Assembly (NCBI GenBank): GCA_013336285.1
Contig: JAAXTX010000002.1
Span: 13,730-77,729, forward strand
DNA from: Candidatus Moraniibacteriota bacterium
Lineage (GTDB): Bacteria > Patescibacteriota > Minisyncoccia > Moranbacterales > UBA1568
Length of the DNA: 64,000 bases
Reading direction: 5' to 3'
The notes beneath the pieces are model-generated. The model worked only from the letters and a program-made list of their open reading frames with translations. It did no database searches and was not told the DNA's origin. This document shows positions 1 through 9,040 of the stretch, piece by piece (within the stretch, counting starts at the first letter, position 1; every line of letters starts with the position of its first letter). Position numbers and translations under genes: made by a program.

Positions 1-253
1 CGTTCCAGAATCGTAGCACTCTCAATCCAAGCTGTTCAAAATATTTCGTCCGTTCCATATCATGCTCCGCTTGCTCATTATGTTGCCAACCGTCCAACTC
101 AACAACTAATCTCTTTTCAGAACAATAGAAATCGACGATATATGGCCCTATGGAATGTTGCCTTCGAAATTTACATCCTAACGCATTTCTTCGGAGCCGC
201 GACCAGAGTATGATTTCTTGCGGTGTCGCCGATTTCCGCAACATTTTTCTCAT
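1..253 (-). CDS. DUF559 (endonuclease-like) domain protein, 3'-partial at the window edge
   Basis: Minus-strand reading from the ATG at ~253 gives MRKMLRKSATPQEIILWSRLRRNALGCKFRRQHSIGPYIVDFYCSEKRLVVELDGWQHNEQAEHDMERTKYFEQLGLRVLRFWN..., which matches the DUF559 consensus (GPYIVDF...ELDG..H...VLRFWN). No stop before position 1, so it is absent from the ORF track. Confidence 0.6.
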   Translation of the reverse strand, partial: MRKMLRKSATPQEIILWSRLRRNALGCKFRRQHSIGPYIVDFYCSEKRLVVELDGWQHNEQAEHDMERTKYFEQLGLRVLRFWN

Positions 254-399
254 CGCCTCTCGTGATTTTGAATTGAATATGCGTTTCATACGACAATTAC
301 ACACCCCTCACCTTCGAAGACTCAGGAGCTCCCCTCCCCAAGGGGAGCAGGCCGATAGGCCGATCTCTCCATCTCCGTTCCCGTCTCACTTCTCACTCC

Positions 400-1758
400 T
401 CACTTCTGAATCCCAAGGTCGAGCAGCTTCTCAAGCTTCACCTTCTTTCGGGCATCATGCGGACCGACGATCGCGAGGTTCAACTTATCATTTCGGAAGA
501 GATCCTGTGCGACACGGAGCACATCGTCAGCCGTGACCCGCTCGATCGCGCGAACTTTGTCCTTGGGAAGGACGATCTCACCACGGAGAACTTCCTGCGA
601 AACAAGGTATTCCGCCACGTCGTCGGACCCTTCGAGTCCCATCGCGAGTCCGCCCTTGATGTATTCCTTAGCCTTGCGAAGCTCTTCCTTGCCGACCTTT
701 TCGGTCGCGATCTTCTTATACTCATCGAGGATGACTGCAATCGCCTTCTCAAGGTTCTCATGCTCGACGCCGCACTGCGTAGCGATATATCCGGCATCAT
801 GAAACGACTCCACCTCGGTACGGACCCTATAGGCCAGCCCACGCCGTTCGCGGACTTCGGTGAACAACCGGCTCGACATGCCACCGCCAAGAATGACCGA
901 CAGGATACCGAGCGCGAACCGGTCGGGATGATACATGTCGTACGCGCGCACTCCGAGAAGGAAATGCGTCTGATCGGTCTTCTTCTTATAGATGAAAACG
1001 GCAGGTGTCGACTGCCGGTCGGATGCCTTCTTGAATTCCGGACGTGCTCCCGCTTTTATGACCCCGAATCGCGATTGTACCCCGGCCATCACCTTCTTTT
1101 GATCGATATTCCCCGCGATACCCACGACCACGTTGCCGCCGACATAGCCGCGTTCCATATACTTCACGAAGTCGCGTCGATTGAGCGTACGGATATTCTC
1201 TTTCGGACCCGCGATGTCCCATCCGAGAGGCGTATCGCCATAAAGATGCTCCTCCCAGAGTTCCGCGACCTTGCGCATCGGCATATCCTCGTACATGTTG
1301 ATCTCCTGGATGATCGTCCCACGTTCGCGGTCGATCTCTTCCTGGTCGAGCTTCGCGTTGAGGAACATATCGGAAACCACGTCGAGCGCGGTCTCCCAGT
1401 GATGCGCCTCTACCTTGGCATAGTATCCGGTCCACTCCTTGCTCGTGAACGCGTTGTATTCCGCTCCGATCGAATCAAGCTCGCGTGAGATGTCGAACGC
1501 CGTCGGTCGCTTCTGCGTCCCCTTGAACATCATATGCTCAAGGAAGTGCGCGATACCGTTCTCCTTGCGTGACTCGAAGCGGGACCCGACTCCGGTCATG
1601 ACGAGCACGGTCGCCGTCCCCGTCTCCGTCATCGGGGCGAGTATCACGCGCAACCCGTTCTCCAGGGTGATTTTCTTGTATTTCATAACGTTACTGATGA
1701 ATGAGGAATTATGAATCAAGGTATCATACATCGGAATCACCGTCCCCGCCACCGTCAA
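400..1758 (-). CDS. M16 family zinc peptidase (pitrilysin/insulinase-like)
   Basis: 452-aa ORF with the inverted zinc motif HFLEHMMFKGT (HxxEH) near the N-terminus and a typical M16 two-domain length. Confidence 0.9.
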   Translation of the reverse strand: MTVAGTVIPMYDTLIHNSSFISNVMKYKKITLENGLRVILAPMTETGTATVLVMTGVGSRFESRKENGIAHFLEHMMFKGTQKRPTAFDISRELDSIGAEYNAFTSKEWTGYYAKVEAHHWETALDVVSDMFLNAKLDQEEIDRERGTIIQEINMYEDMPMRKVAELWEEHLYGDTPLGWDIAGPKENIRTLNRRDFVKYMERGYVGGNVVVGIAGNIDQKKVMAGVQSRFGVIKAGARPEFKKASDRQSTPAVFIYKKKTDQTHFLLGVRAYDMYHPDRFALGILSVILGGGMSSRLFTEVRERRGLAYRVRTEVESFHDAGYIATQCGVEHENLEKAIAVILDEYKKIATEKVGKEELRKAKEYIKGGLAMGLEGSDDVAEYLVSQEVLRGEIVLPKDKVRAIERVTADDVLRVAQDLFRNDKLNLAIVGPHDARKKVKLEKLLDLGIQK

Positions 1759-2285
1759 CCCTTCTCATACAACCACACCGCGCCTTCGTTCCGGACCGGC
1801 TGCCAATTCGGAAACCGGAATCCCACGGACACCACTGTCGCCCCGGCGGGCAGTTCCGAAAGGAGCTTTTTCTCCAGCCGTTCCATCATATATGAAATCC
1901 CGTAAACGCACACGGCATCATACTCCCCCAAGTCACAGTTCCAAAAGTTCCTCCGGAATATGCGCGTTTTTCCGGACAGGCCAGCTTTCCGCAATGTCGT
2001 CCGGCTTTTCCACACGAGAAAGGGGTTGATCTCGTACCCATGGACCGTTTCGTTCTCCGCAGCGAGATCCGCCACCACCCGCCCGTCCCCCGATCCGAGA
2101 TCGAGCACCCGCTTCTTCTCCCGGATCATCGTCCGGATCAGCTCACGGTTTTCCTCCTTGCACGGCACGTACGGCGCTCCCCACGGCATCACGAGAAGCG
2201 CGGAAAGTCGGATCATTAATACAAAGAGTAGTCCGACACCGACGAAGATCAAAATTATTGGGAGAATGTATATCACATTTGTCAT
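1755..2285 (-). CDS. Class I SAM-dependent methyltransferase with N-terminal transmembrane helix
   Basis: 176 aa with N-terminal hydrophobic segment and the glycine-rich motif VLDLGSGDGR. It overlaps the peptidase gene by 4 nt. Confidence 0.65.
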   Translation of the reverse strand: MTNVIYILPIILIFVGVGLLFVLMIRLSALLVMPWGAPYVPCKEENRELIRTMIREKKRVLDLGSGDGRVVADLAAENETVHGYEINPFLVWKSRTTLRKAGLSGKTRIFRRNFWNCDLGEYDAVCVYGISYMMERLEKKLLSELPAGATVVSVGFRFPNWQPVRNEGAVWLYEKG

Positions 2286-2305
2286 TCCGGGCTTGACCCG
2301 GAATC
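2283..2305. repeat. REP-like palindrome CATTCCGGG-CTTGA-CCCGGAATC (hairpin) at the GIY-YIG/methyltransferase junction
   Basis: Perfect 9-bp arms. Related copies are at 2688-2713, 2731-2754 and, in reverse complement, inside ileS at 14041-14066. Confidence 0.6.
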
Positions 2306-2354
2306 CATAGTTTCAAACCATCTGCGTCTGACTCAAACCAGTAGTGATAATTAT

Positions 2355-2663
2355 CTATGTTTCGGCATCCGACTCACCTACCATCCGCTCATACAGGTCA
2401 TCCCAGTTCGAATTCCCCCTTTCGATCAAATCGATCTTCCACTGTCGTTTCCAATTCTTCAATTGTTTCTCTCTCGAAAGAGCGCTCCGCACGTCTTCAG
2501 TCTGTTCGTAATAGACCAGACTACTGACGTCATATTTCTTTGTAAATCCGTCCACAGCCTTGTTTTTGTGCTGCCACACCCTTCCAAGCAAGTCCGATGT
2601 GATTCCGATATAGAGTGTCCCATTCTTTTTACTGGCCAGTATGTATACGAAATACTGTTTCAT
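2355..2663 (-). CDS. GIY-YIG nuclease family protein (UPF0213-like, stand-alone)
   Basis: 102 aa containing FVYILASKKNGTLYIGITSDLLGRVWQHK, the GIY...YIG motif with conserved R and downstream E. Confidence 0.8.
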   Translation of the reverse strand: MKQYFVYILASKKNGTLYIGITSDLLGRVWQHKNKAVDGFTKKYDVSSLVYYEQTEDVRSALSREKQLKNWKRQWKIDLIERGNSNWDDLYERMVGESDAET

Positions 2664-2687
2664 ATTTCATCGCTTTCCATTCCCTGT

Positions 2688-2754
2688 CATTCCGGCCTAC
2701 GAGCCGGAATCCGAAGAGTTAACTTTCTGGATCCCGGGTCAAGACCGGGATGAC
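2688..2754. repeat. Two adjacent REP-like palindromes (TCATTCCGGCC-N6-GCCGGAATCC and ATCCCGG-GTCAAGA-CCGGGAT) upstream of the GIY-YIG gene
   Basis: Variants of the 2283-2305 palindrome. They lie in a non-coding gap and probably act as hairpin terminators. Confidence 0.5.
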
Positions 2755-2762
2755 GCAGAGAA

Positions 2763-2830
2763 TTATTGCAAATTCTCCACCAGATACGCCCGCAATTCAG
2801 AAATCGGAATGCTGATTTTGTCCCGTAAAT
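2763..2830 (-). pseudogene. Orphan duplicate of the glyQS 3' terminus (encodes ...ISIPISELRAYLVENLQ*)
   Basis: About 55 bp similar to glyQS 3582-3650, with a 23-bp perfect core ATTCTCCACCAGATACGCCCGCA. It translates in frame to a variant of the GlyRS C-terminus (IRIPVSELRAYLVENLKK). Confidence 0.6.
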
Positions 2831-2859
2831 GCCATAACGTAGGCCAGGATGACAAAACC

Positions 2860-3567
2860 TCACTTTTCCAACTCCTTTAATATTTCCTCGACCTTCCCGA
2901 TCGCCTCGACCCGGATTCTTTCGGCTTCTTCTTTCGAAATGAGATCGTCCTCTTTCACATTTTCCAAAAAAGCCTCGACGGCCAGAGCGACGTTCGCATT
3001 ATCTTCACTTAGAACATGCAGGTCATTCGTCTTACTATTACATTCCTCTGCTTCCGCTTCCATTCCTATCATTCTATACAAGGCTGATGCGCCATGGACA
3101 AATTCTTCATTGTTATTGTACATCCCCTGACCCTCCTTTTGAGCTGCAAGAAACCAAATAAGAAGATCTCCGACTTTTTGCCATTTTTCACTCAGGTCGT
3201 CCTTTACCTTCTCATAGTCATTTAAATATGCGTAGGTCACATTATTCGCATGGCCTATCGAATCCACCCTTCCTGCTGTACCATCTTTCTTTTCCCCCTC
3301 AAGTATCATCCGGGCAGCTATAGAAAAACAGATTTGCTGATAATCACGCACGACATCTCTTAATACTAAGATATCTGCTTGTACAAGATAGAATAAAACA
3401 TTATATGGCTTATCATTTCGCAGCTCTACAAGTGCGCCTTCGAGATTTTCTTTTATTCGTTTCTTTTCGGGATCGATTTCGGTTTCTTTTAAATTCAAAG
3501 GTTCTCCCATTGGATTCTTGTTCGGCTTTTTCTCGTTTGAAGCAAGTCCATCAAATATTTCGGTCAT
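2860..3567 (-). CDS. Hypothetical acidic protein, cargo of the low-GC insert at the glyQS 3' end
   Basis: 235-aa ORF with visibly lower GC than its neighbours and no recognisable motif. It lies exactly between the two glyQS-terminus copies. Confidence 0.5.
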   Translation of the reverse strand: MTEIFDGLASNEKKPNKNPMGEPLNLKETEIDPEKKRIKENLEGALVELRNDKPYNVLFYLVQADILVLRDVVRDYQQICFSIAARMILEGEKKDGTAGRVDSIGHANNVTYAYLNDYEKVKDDLSEKWQKVGDLLIWFLAAQKEGQGMYNNNEEFVHGASALYRMIGMEAEAEECNSKTNDLHVLSEDNANVALAVEAFLENVKEDDLISKEEAERIRVEAIGKVEEILKELEK

Positions 3568-3581
3568 ATAATCGATGATGA

Positions 3582-4994
3582 TTATTTCTTCAGATTCTCC
3601 ACCAGATACGCCCGCAGTTCCGAGACTGGGATGCGGATCTGTTCCATCGTGTCACGATCACGGACGGTGACGGTGTCCTTGAGGGAAGCATCCTCGCCGA
3701 GGCCGACCGTGTCGAAGTCTATGGTGACACAGTACGGCGTGCCGATCTCGTCCTGCCGTCGATACCGCTTGCCGACGTTTCCGTTGTCGTCATACTCGGT
3801 CGCGAAGTCGCTCTTGAGAGAATCGAATATGCCACGTGCCGCAGCCACGAGTTCGGGCTTATTGCGCAGGAGCGGGAACACCGCGACCTTGACCGGGGCA
3901 AGCTTCTTCGGGAATTTGAGCACGACGCGCGTGTCGCCCTCCTTTACCTCTTCCTCGGCATACGCGTCAGTCAGCACCGCAAGGAACGTCCGATCGACAC
4001 CGACGGACGTCTCGACGATCCACGGGACGTACTTCTCCCCCGTCTGCGGATCTCGGTACGAGAGATCGACGCCGGAAAACTCTGAGTGCTGAGTCAGATC
4101 GTAATCGCTCCGATTATGGACGCCTTCGAGTTCCTTGAACCCGAACGGGAAGTTGTACTCGATGTCCCATGCCGCCTTCGCGTAAAACACGAGATTCTCG
4201 TGCTGGTGCCACTGCAGATTCTCCGGCTTGAGCCCGAGGTCGAGATAATACTGCCAGCGCTTTTCCCTCCACTGCTCATAATAATCGGTGGCCGTATCGG
4301 GATGGACGAAAAACTGCATCTCCATCTGTTCGAACTCACGCTTACGGAAGATGAACTGCCGAGCGGTGATTTCGTTTCGGAACGCCTTGCCGATCTGCGC
4401 GATACCGAACGGGACCTTCATCCGCGTCGAATCAAGCACGTTCTTGAAATTGACATAGATACCCTGACACGTCTCGCCGCGAAGGTATGTCGGTTCCTTG
4501 TCCCAGTCCCCGGTGAAGTTTCCGAGGTTGGATTTCACGAGCAGATTGAAGCTCTTCGCTTCGGTAAAATCATGCCCGCCGCACTTCGGACACACAACCT
4601 TGCCCTTGTGTTCGGAAAAGAGTGCGTTGATCTCCTCCTCGGTCATCTTCTCGTCGGCAAATATGCCGGCTTCCTCGAGAAGATGGTCCACGCGTACGCG
4701 CGAGTGGCACTTCCTGCATTCGGCCAAAGGGTCGCTGAACCCGCCGACATGACCGGACGCCTGCCAGACCTTCGGATGCATGAAAATCGCACTGTCGAGG
4801 CCGACGATGTTCTCGTGCTCGCGCACCATCGCCTGCCACCACGCCTCGCGGATATTGCGGGCGAGTTCGGCTCCGTACGGTCCGAAATCGTACACCGCCG
4901 CGAATCCACCGTAGATCTCCGAGCTCGGGAACACGAACCCACGCCGCTTCGAGAGCGAGATCAGCTTGTCCATCAGGTTTTCAACTTGTGCCAT
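3582..4994 (-). CDS. glyQS: Glycyl-tRNA synthetase, dimeric class II type
   Basis: 470 aa. The N-terminus FVFPSSEIYGGFAAVYDFGPYG and overall architecture are typical of alpha2 GlyRS, with class II motifs present. Confidence 0.9.
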   Translation of the reverse strand: MAQVENLMDKLISLSKRRGFVFPSSEIYGGFAAVYDFGPYGAELARNIREAWWQAMVREHENIVGLDSAIFMHPKVWQASGHVGGFSDPLAECRKCHSRVRVDHLLEEAGIFADEKMTEEEINALFSEHKGKVVCPKCGGHDFTEAKSFNLLVKSNLGNFTGDWDKEPTYLRGETCQGIYVNFKNVLDSTRMKVPFGIAQIGKAFRNEITARQFIFRKREFEQMEMQFFVHPDTATDYYEQWREKRWQYYLDLGLKPENLQWHQHENLVFYAKAAWDIEYNFPFGFKELEGVHNRSDYDLTQHSEFSGVDLSYRDPQTGEKYVPWIVETSVGVDRTFLAVLTDAYAEEEVKEGDTRVVLKFPKKLAPVKVAVFPLLRNKPELVAAARGIFDSLKSDFATEYDDNGNVGKRYRRQDEIGTPYCVTIDFDTVGLGEDASLKDTVTVRDRDTMEQIRIPVSELRAYLVENLKK

Positions 4995-5115
4995 AAAAGT
5001 GTCATTATTTCCCGAAAATCCGTGCGTTTCCCTTCAAATCTATCCCGTTTCAAGCCAAACGTCAAAGCCAGAATCATATCCTGGTCTTGATATCCGGTTT
5101 TCGGAAACGATTCCC

Positions 5116-7830
5116 TTACCGAAGTCGACGTTTCCGCGCCTCCTCAAAGAAGAAGACCAACGCGGTGAAGCACCATGCGACGACCCAGTCTATCCGTTCG
5201 ATCGGCGCCATACCGAGGGCACTCTGAAGAAACGGGATACGGGTGAAAGCGAACAACATTCCAATCGAGATCCCCATACCGACGAAGACCATCGGATTCG
5301 AAAAGAAGGGCATCCCGAAGAACGAACGGGATTCGCTTCTCGATTGCAAGAGGTTCGCCATCTGGGTCAAAGCGAGCGTTACGTACGTCGCGGTCGTCGC
5401 ATGCCGATACAGCGGACCGACAGGATCGAGCTCCTCTCCGTATGACCATCCTTCACGGATAAGCACCATGAGGAACGCGACGACTCCGCCGATCGCCATG
5501 ATCGCCCCGATGGAAAGTAATCGGATTACGCCGCGCATATCCATGATTTTCCTTCCCATGGCCGGCGAAGAATGACTCTTCGAATCCGGCTCTTCCGGCT
5601 CTACGCCGAGTGCGAACGATGGGAATACGTCCGTCGCAAGATCGATCGCAAGAATCTGTACCGCCGAGATCGGAGACGGTATGTGCAGGAGAAACCCGAG
5701 CAGGACCGTAAAGAGTTCGCTCGCATTCGAGGTGAAGACGTAGTGAGTGAACTTACGCAGGTTCTCGAAAATTCTTCGTCCTTCCCGGACCGCGCCGACG
5801 ATCGACGCAAAATGATCGTCCAAAAGAATCATGTCCGCCGCATCCTTGGACACGTCGGTGCCAGTAATGCCCATCGCTACCCCGATATCGGCCTTTTTAA
5901 GCGCCAATGCGTCATTCACTCCGTCTCCCGTCATCGCGACCACCTCCCCCCCGGACTGAAGGACCGTCGCTAGACGGAGCTTCTGTTCCGGTGCGATCCG
6001 TGCGAACACGGCGCCTTTTCTCGCAGCTGCCAGGACCGCCTCATCGGACAATGTTTCAAGGGTCGTCCCGTTCACCGCGATCGGATCCATGCGTTCGGAA
6101 AAAAATCCCGCCTTCTGCGCGATTGCCTTGGCCGTCGTCTCATAATCGCCCGTCACCATGACCACGGACACGCCGAGCTGTCGGCATTCCGCTATCGCCT
6201 CGCGAATACCCTCGCGCGGCGGATCGATCATCGCGGTCATTCCGACCCAAACGAGTTGTCGTTCGGCTTCCTCCGGATACGCGTTCTCCGTCACACCGTC
6301 CAGATCACGATATGCGAAGCCGAGCACGCGGAGCGCTTGCCCGGATAACTCATCATAGATGGCTTTCACACTTGCCTTATCCGCAGGAGTAAACGGTTTC
6401 CTGACGTCCCCGTCAAACCATTCCGTCGAAAGCTCGAGTAATACCTCGGGAGACCCCTTCACATACGATCGTGTTTCGGCATTGTCATAGATGACGCTCA
6501 TCCGACGACGTTCGGACTCGAACGGGTTCTCGGCGATCTTCCGATATCCGATCTCGAAGAAATCAGGGCGCGCGTTGAATTTTCTCGCGGCGACGATGAG
6601 AGCTCCCTCGGTGGGATCGCCGGTCACGATGAACCGTCCATCCGTTTTCGAAAGGGACGCGTCGTTACAGAGCGTGCAGATACGGAATAACATCTCGGCG
6701 CCGGGAATACCCGATGGATTCACGAGTTTGCCGTCGTGAGAGAAATCTCCTTTCGGTTCATAGCCGACCCCGGATATGTCATATCGATCCGTCCCTATGA
6801 CGACTTCGGTCACCGAAAGCTCGTTCTTGGTGATGGTGCCCGTCTTGTCGGTACAGACAAAAGACACGGAACCGAGCGTCTCTACCGCGGACAATTTCTT
6901 GGCAAGGACGTTTTTCTCGAGAAGCCGCTTCATACCGAGCGCGAACGAGACCGAGAGCGCCGCCGGGAGCCCCTCCGGAACGACCGACACCGAAAGGGCA
7001 AGCGCGAGCAGGAGCGACTGATACAGCGGCATATGCTGATAGTGGCCGATCATGATGACGATGCCGCCGATTGAAACGGAAAGAAGCGCCACGCCGTGGC
7101 CGAATCGTTCCATCTTCTTCTGCAAAGGAGTCTGGGCCTGTTTGATCCCGTGCGTAAGTTCCGCCATGTGGCCGAGTTCCGTCGCCGAGCCGGTCCCGAA
7201 TATCACGACACGGGCTTCACCCGACGAGACCGACTCCCCCATGAAGACGAGGTTCTCTATGTCGCTCCGCGCTACCGTTCCGGACATCGCTCCGGTAACG
7301 CGTTTCTCCGGCACGGATTCTCCCGTAAAAATAAAACTGTTCACCTTGAAGTTGTACGCTTCGAGCACATAAGCATCGGCAGGCACGCTCGAGCCGGCAT
7401 CAAGGAACACGATATCACCCGGAACGAGGTCGGTGACGGGAATCTCGTGTTTCTCTCCGTCACGAATGACCGTCGCGGTATCGGCGATGAATGTAGCAAG
7501 TTTCTCGATTATCCGCTCCGCCTTATATTCCTGAAAGAAACCGATCAGGGCGTTGGTGAGGATGATTATCGCGATAATATTCGCATCGCGCGTCTCGCCA
7601 AGCACGAGCGCCGCCACGCCGGCCACGGCGAGAATCCAGACGAATACGTCGTTGAACTGCTTCAGCAGAAGCTTGGATGCGACAAAACGGCGTTTTGTCT
7701 CGAGGGAATTCTTCCCATGCACCCTGAGCCGGGCTGCAGCTTCCGCGCCTGTGAGCCCGTTCGCGGATGTCCGCAATTTACCAAGCATTTCGACGGCGGA
7801 AAGCCGGTAGAAAGGTTTTTCTGCTTCCAT
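5116..7830 (-). CDS. Cation-transporting P-type ATPase (Ca2+/Mg2+-type, P2)
   Basis: 904 aa with the phosphorylation motif CTDKTGTIT, the hinge motif MTGDGVNDALALKKADIGVAMG and about 10 transmembrane segments. Confidence 0.9.
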   Translation of the reverse strand: MEAEKPFYRLSAVEMLGKLRTSANGLTGAEAAARLRVHGKNSLETKRRFVASKLLLKQFNDVFVWILAVAGVAALVLGETRDANIIAIIILTNALIGFFQEYKAERIIEKLATFIADTATVIRDGEKHEIPVTDLVPGDIVFLDAGSSVPADAYVLEAYNFKVNSFIFTGESVPEKRVTGAMSGTVARSDIENLVFMGESVSSGEARVVIFGTGSATELGHMAELTHGIKQAQTPLQKKMERFGHGVALLSVSIGGIVIMIGHYQHMPLYQSLLLALALSVSVVPEGLPAALSVSFALGMKRLLEKNVLAKKLSAVETLGSVSFVCTDKTGTITKNELSVTEVVIGTDRYDISGVGYEPKGDFSHDGKLVNPSGIPGAEMLFRICTLCNDASLSKTDGRFIVTGDPTEGALIVAARKFNARPDFFEIGYRKIAENPFESERRRMSVIYDNAETRSYVKGSPEVLLELSTEWFDGDVRKPFTPADKASVKAIYDELSGQALRVLGFAYRDLDGVTENAYPEEAERQLVWVGMTAMIDPPREGIREAIAECRQLGVSVVMVTGDYETTAKAIAQKAGFFSERMDPIAVNGTTLETLSDEAVLAAARKGAVFARIAPEQKLRLATVLQSGGEVVAMTGDGVNDALALKKADIGVAMGITGTDVSKDAADMILLDDHFASIVGAVREGRRIFENLRKFTHYVFTSNASELFTVLLGFLLHIPSPISAVQILAIDLATDVFPSFALGVEPEEPDSKSHSSPAMGRKIMDMRGVIRLLSIGAIMAIGGVVAFLMVLIREGWSYGEELDPVGPLYRHATTATYVTLALTQMANLLQSRSESRSFFGMPFFSNPMVFVGMGISIGMLFAFTRIPFLQSALGMAPIERIDWVVAWCFTALVFFFEEARKRRLR

Positions 7831-7895
7831 ATACCCAAGTCTATAAAGTCATTAAGTCCCTAAAGCCGAAAGTCGGAAACCTGAGGTGAAAAATG

Positions 7896-9029
7896 TCATG
7901 TTTTTTCTCCGCGAAGCGATTCCATGAGCCGGGCGTAGAAACGGAGATTGTGCGTCGACGCGAGCCGGCTGCCGAGCGGATCGTTCACACGGAACAGATG
8001 ATGGAGATAGGCCCGCGTATGGTCCATACAAAGCGGGCAGTCACAACCGGAATCGACCGCGGAAAAATCTTCCGCAAATCCCCCGTTATTGATATTGACC
8101 GTATTGTAAAAGTCCTCGACTTTCGACTTTCGATTTTCGATTTTCGGCTGCTCATTCCATACGAACAGTCTTCCATGCCGTCCCTCGCGCGTCGGTATGA
8201 CGCAGTCGAACATATCCCAACCGGCCGCATGGCAACGGACGATGTCTTCCGGTGTCCCGATACCGAGAGCGAACCGGATACTATCTTCGGGAATGACGGA
8301 TGCCGTATGCGATACGATGTCTTCGAGGAAATTCCCTTTCGAATCGACATGACGGCCACCGAACCCATATCCATCAAAACCGATAGCGATCAACCCTTCC
8401 GCACATCGCGTCCGCAGTTCCGGGAACATCCCTCCCTGCACGACACCGAACAGGAGCGGGCGCCGTTCGTCCGAAATCCCGCGATCGGCGATCTGCCTAT
8501 CGTATTCCTCGCGACACCGTTTCGCCCACCGGATCGTCCGCTCGACCGCATCCGATATCTCACTCTCCGGCACATCGTTCGGACGCGGGTCATCGAGAAC
8601 GACCATCATGTCGACACCGAGGTCGAATTGGATCGCGATCGCCCGTTCGGGCGTAAGCATTCGTTTCGATCCGTCGAGTACCGACTTGAATTCGGCACCC
8701 TCTTCCGTTATCTTTCCCATTTTCGCATCGCGGTGTATAAGCGAGTACACCTGATATCCGCCGGAATCGGAAAGAATCGGGCCGTTCCATCCCATAAACC
8801 GGTGAATACCACCGGACCGGGCGACGAGTCCTTCGCCGGGTTGAAGCATCAGATGATACGTGTTGACGACAAGTGCGCCGATGCCGACTTCCTTGATTTC
8901 CCTCGTCGTCGTCCCCCGTACCGCGGCACGCGTCGCATCCGGCATGAAGAACGGGGTGCGGATGTCCCCAGCCCCCGTCCGAACCGTCCCCGTCCTGCCT
9001 TGTCCTTCCCTTCCTTCGATCTGAAACAT
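7896..9029 (-). CDS. tgt: Queuine tRNA-ribosyltransferase (tRNA-guanine transglycosylase)
   Basis: 377 aa with LMLQPGEG...GGYQV core motifs and the zinc site CDCPLCMDHTRAYLHHL. Confidence 0.9.
   Translation of the reverse strand: MFQIEGREGQGRTGTVRTGAGDIRTPFFMPDATRAAVRGTTTREIKEVGIGALVVNTYHLMLQPGEGLVARSGGIHRFMGWNGPILSDSGGYQVYSLIHRDAKMGKITEEGAEFKSVLDGSKRMLTPERAIAIQFDLGVDMMVVLDDPRPNDVPESEISDAVERTIRWAKRCREEYDRQIADRGISDERRPLLFGVVQGGMFPELRTRCAEGLIAIGFDGYGFGGRHVDSKGNFLEDIVSHTASVIPEDSIRFALGIGTPEDIVRCHAAGWDMFDCVIPTREGRHGRLFVWNEQPKIENRKSKVEDFYNTVNINNGGFAEDFSAVDSGCDCPLCMDHTRAYLHHLFRVNDPLGSRLASTHNLRFYARLMESLRGEKT
8114..8146. repeat. Copy of the dispersed GACTTTCGACTTT minisatellite, in-frame inside tgt
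   Basis: CGACTTTCGACTTTCGATTTTCGATTTTCGG, which encodes ...KIENRKSKVED... within Tgt. Confidence 0.6.
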
Positions 9030-9040
9030 AACCTTTCTTT

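Noticed and set aside
457-1488. 343-aa ORF on the plus strand, plus nested ORFs at 480-890, 533-802 and 986-1435
   Set aside because: Entirely antisense to or embedded within the clearly recognisable M16 peptidase gene. High-GC DNA produces long spurious antisense ORFs, and no motif is recognisable.
4086-5090. 334-aa plus-strand ORF
   Set aside because: Antisense to glyQS, whose product is unambiguous, so it is a shadow ORF.
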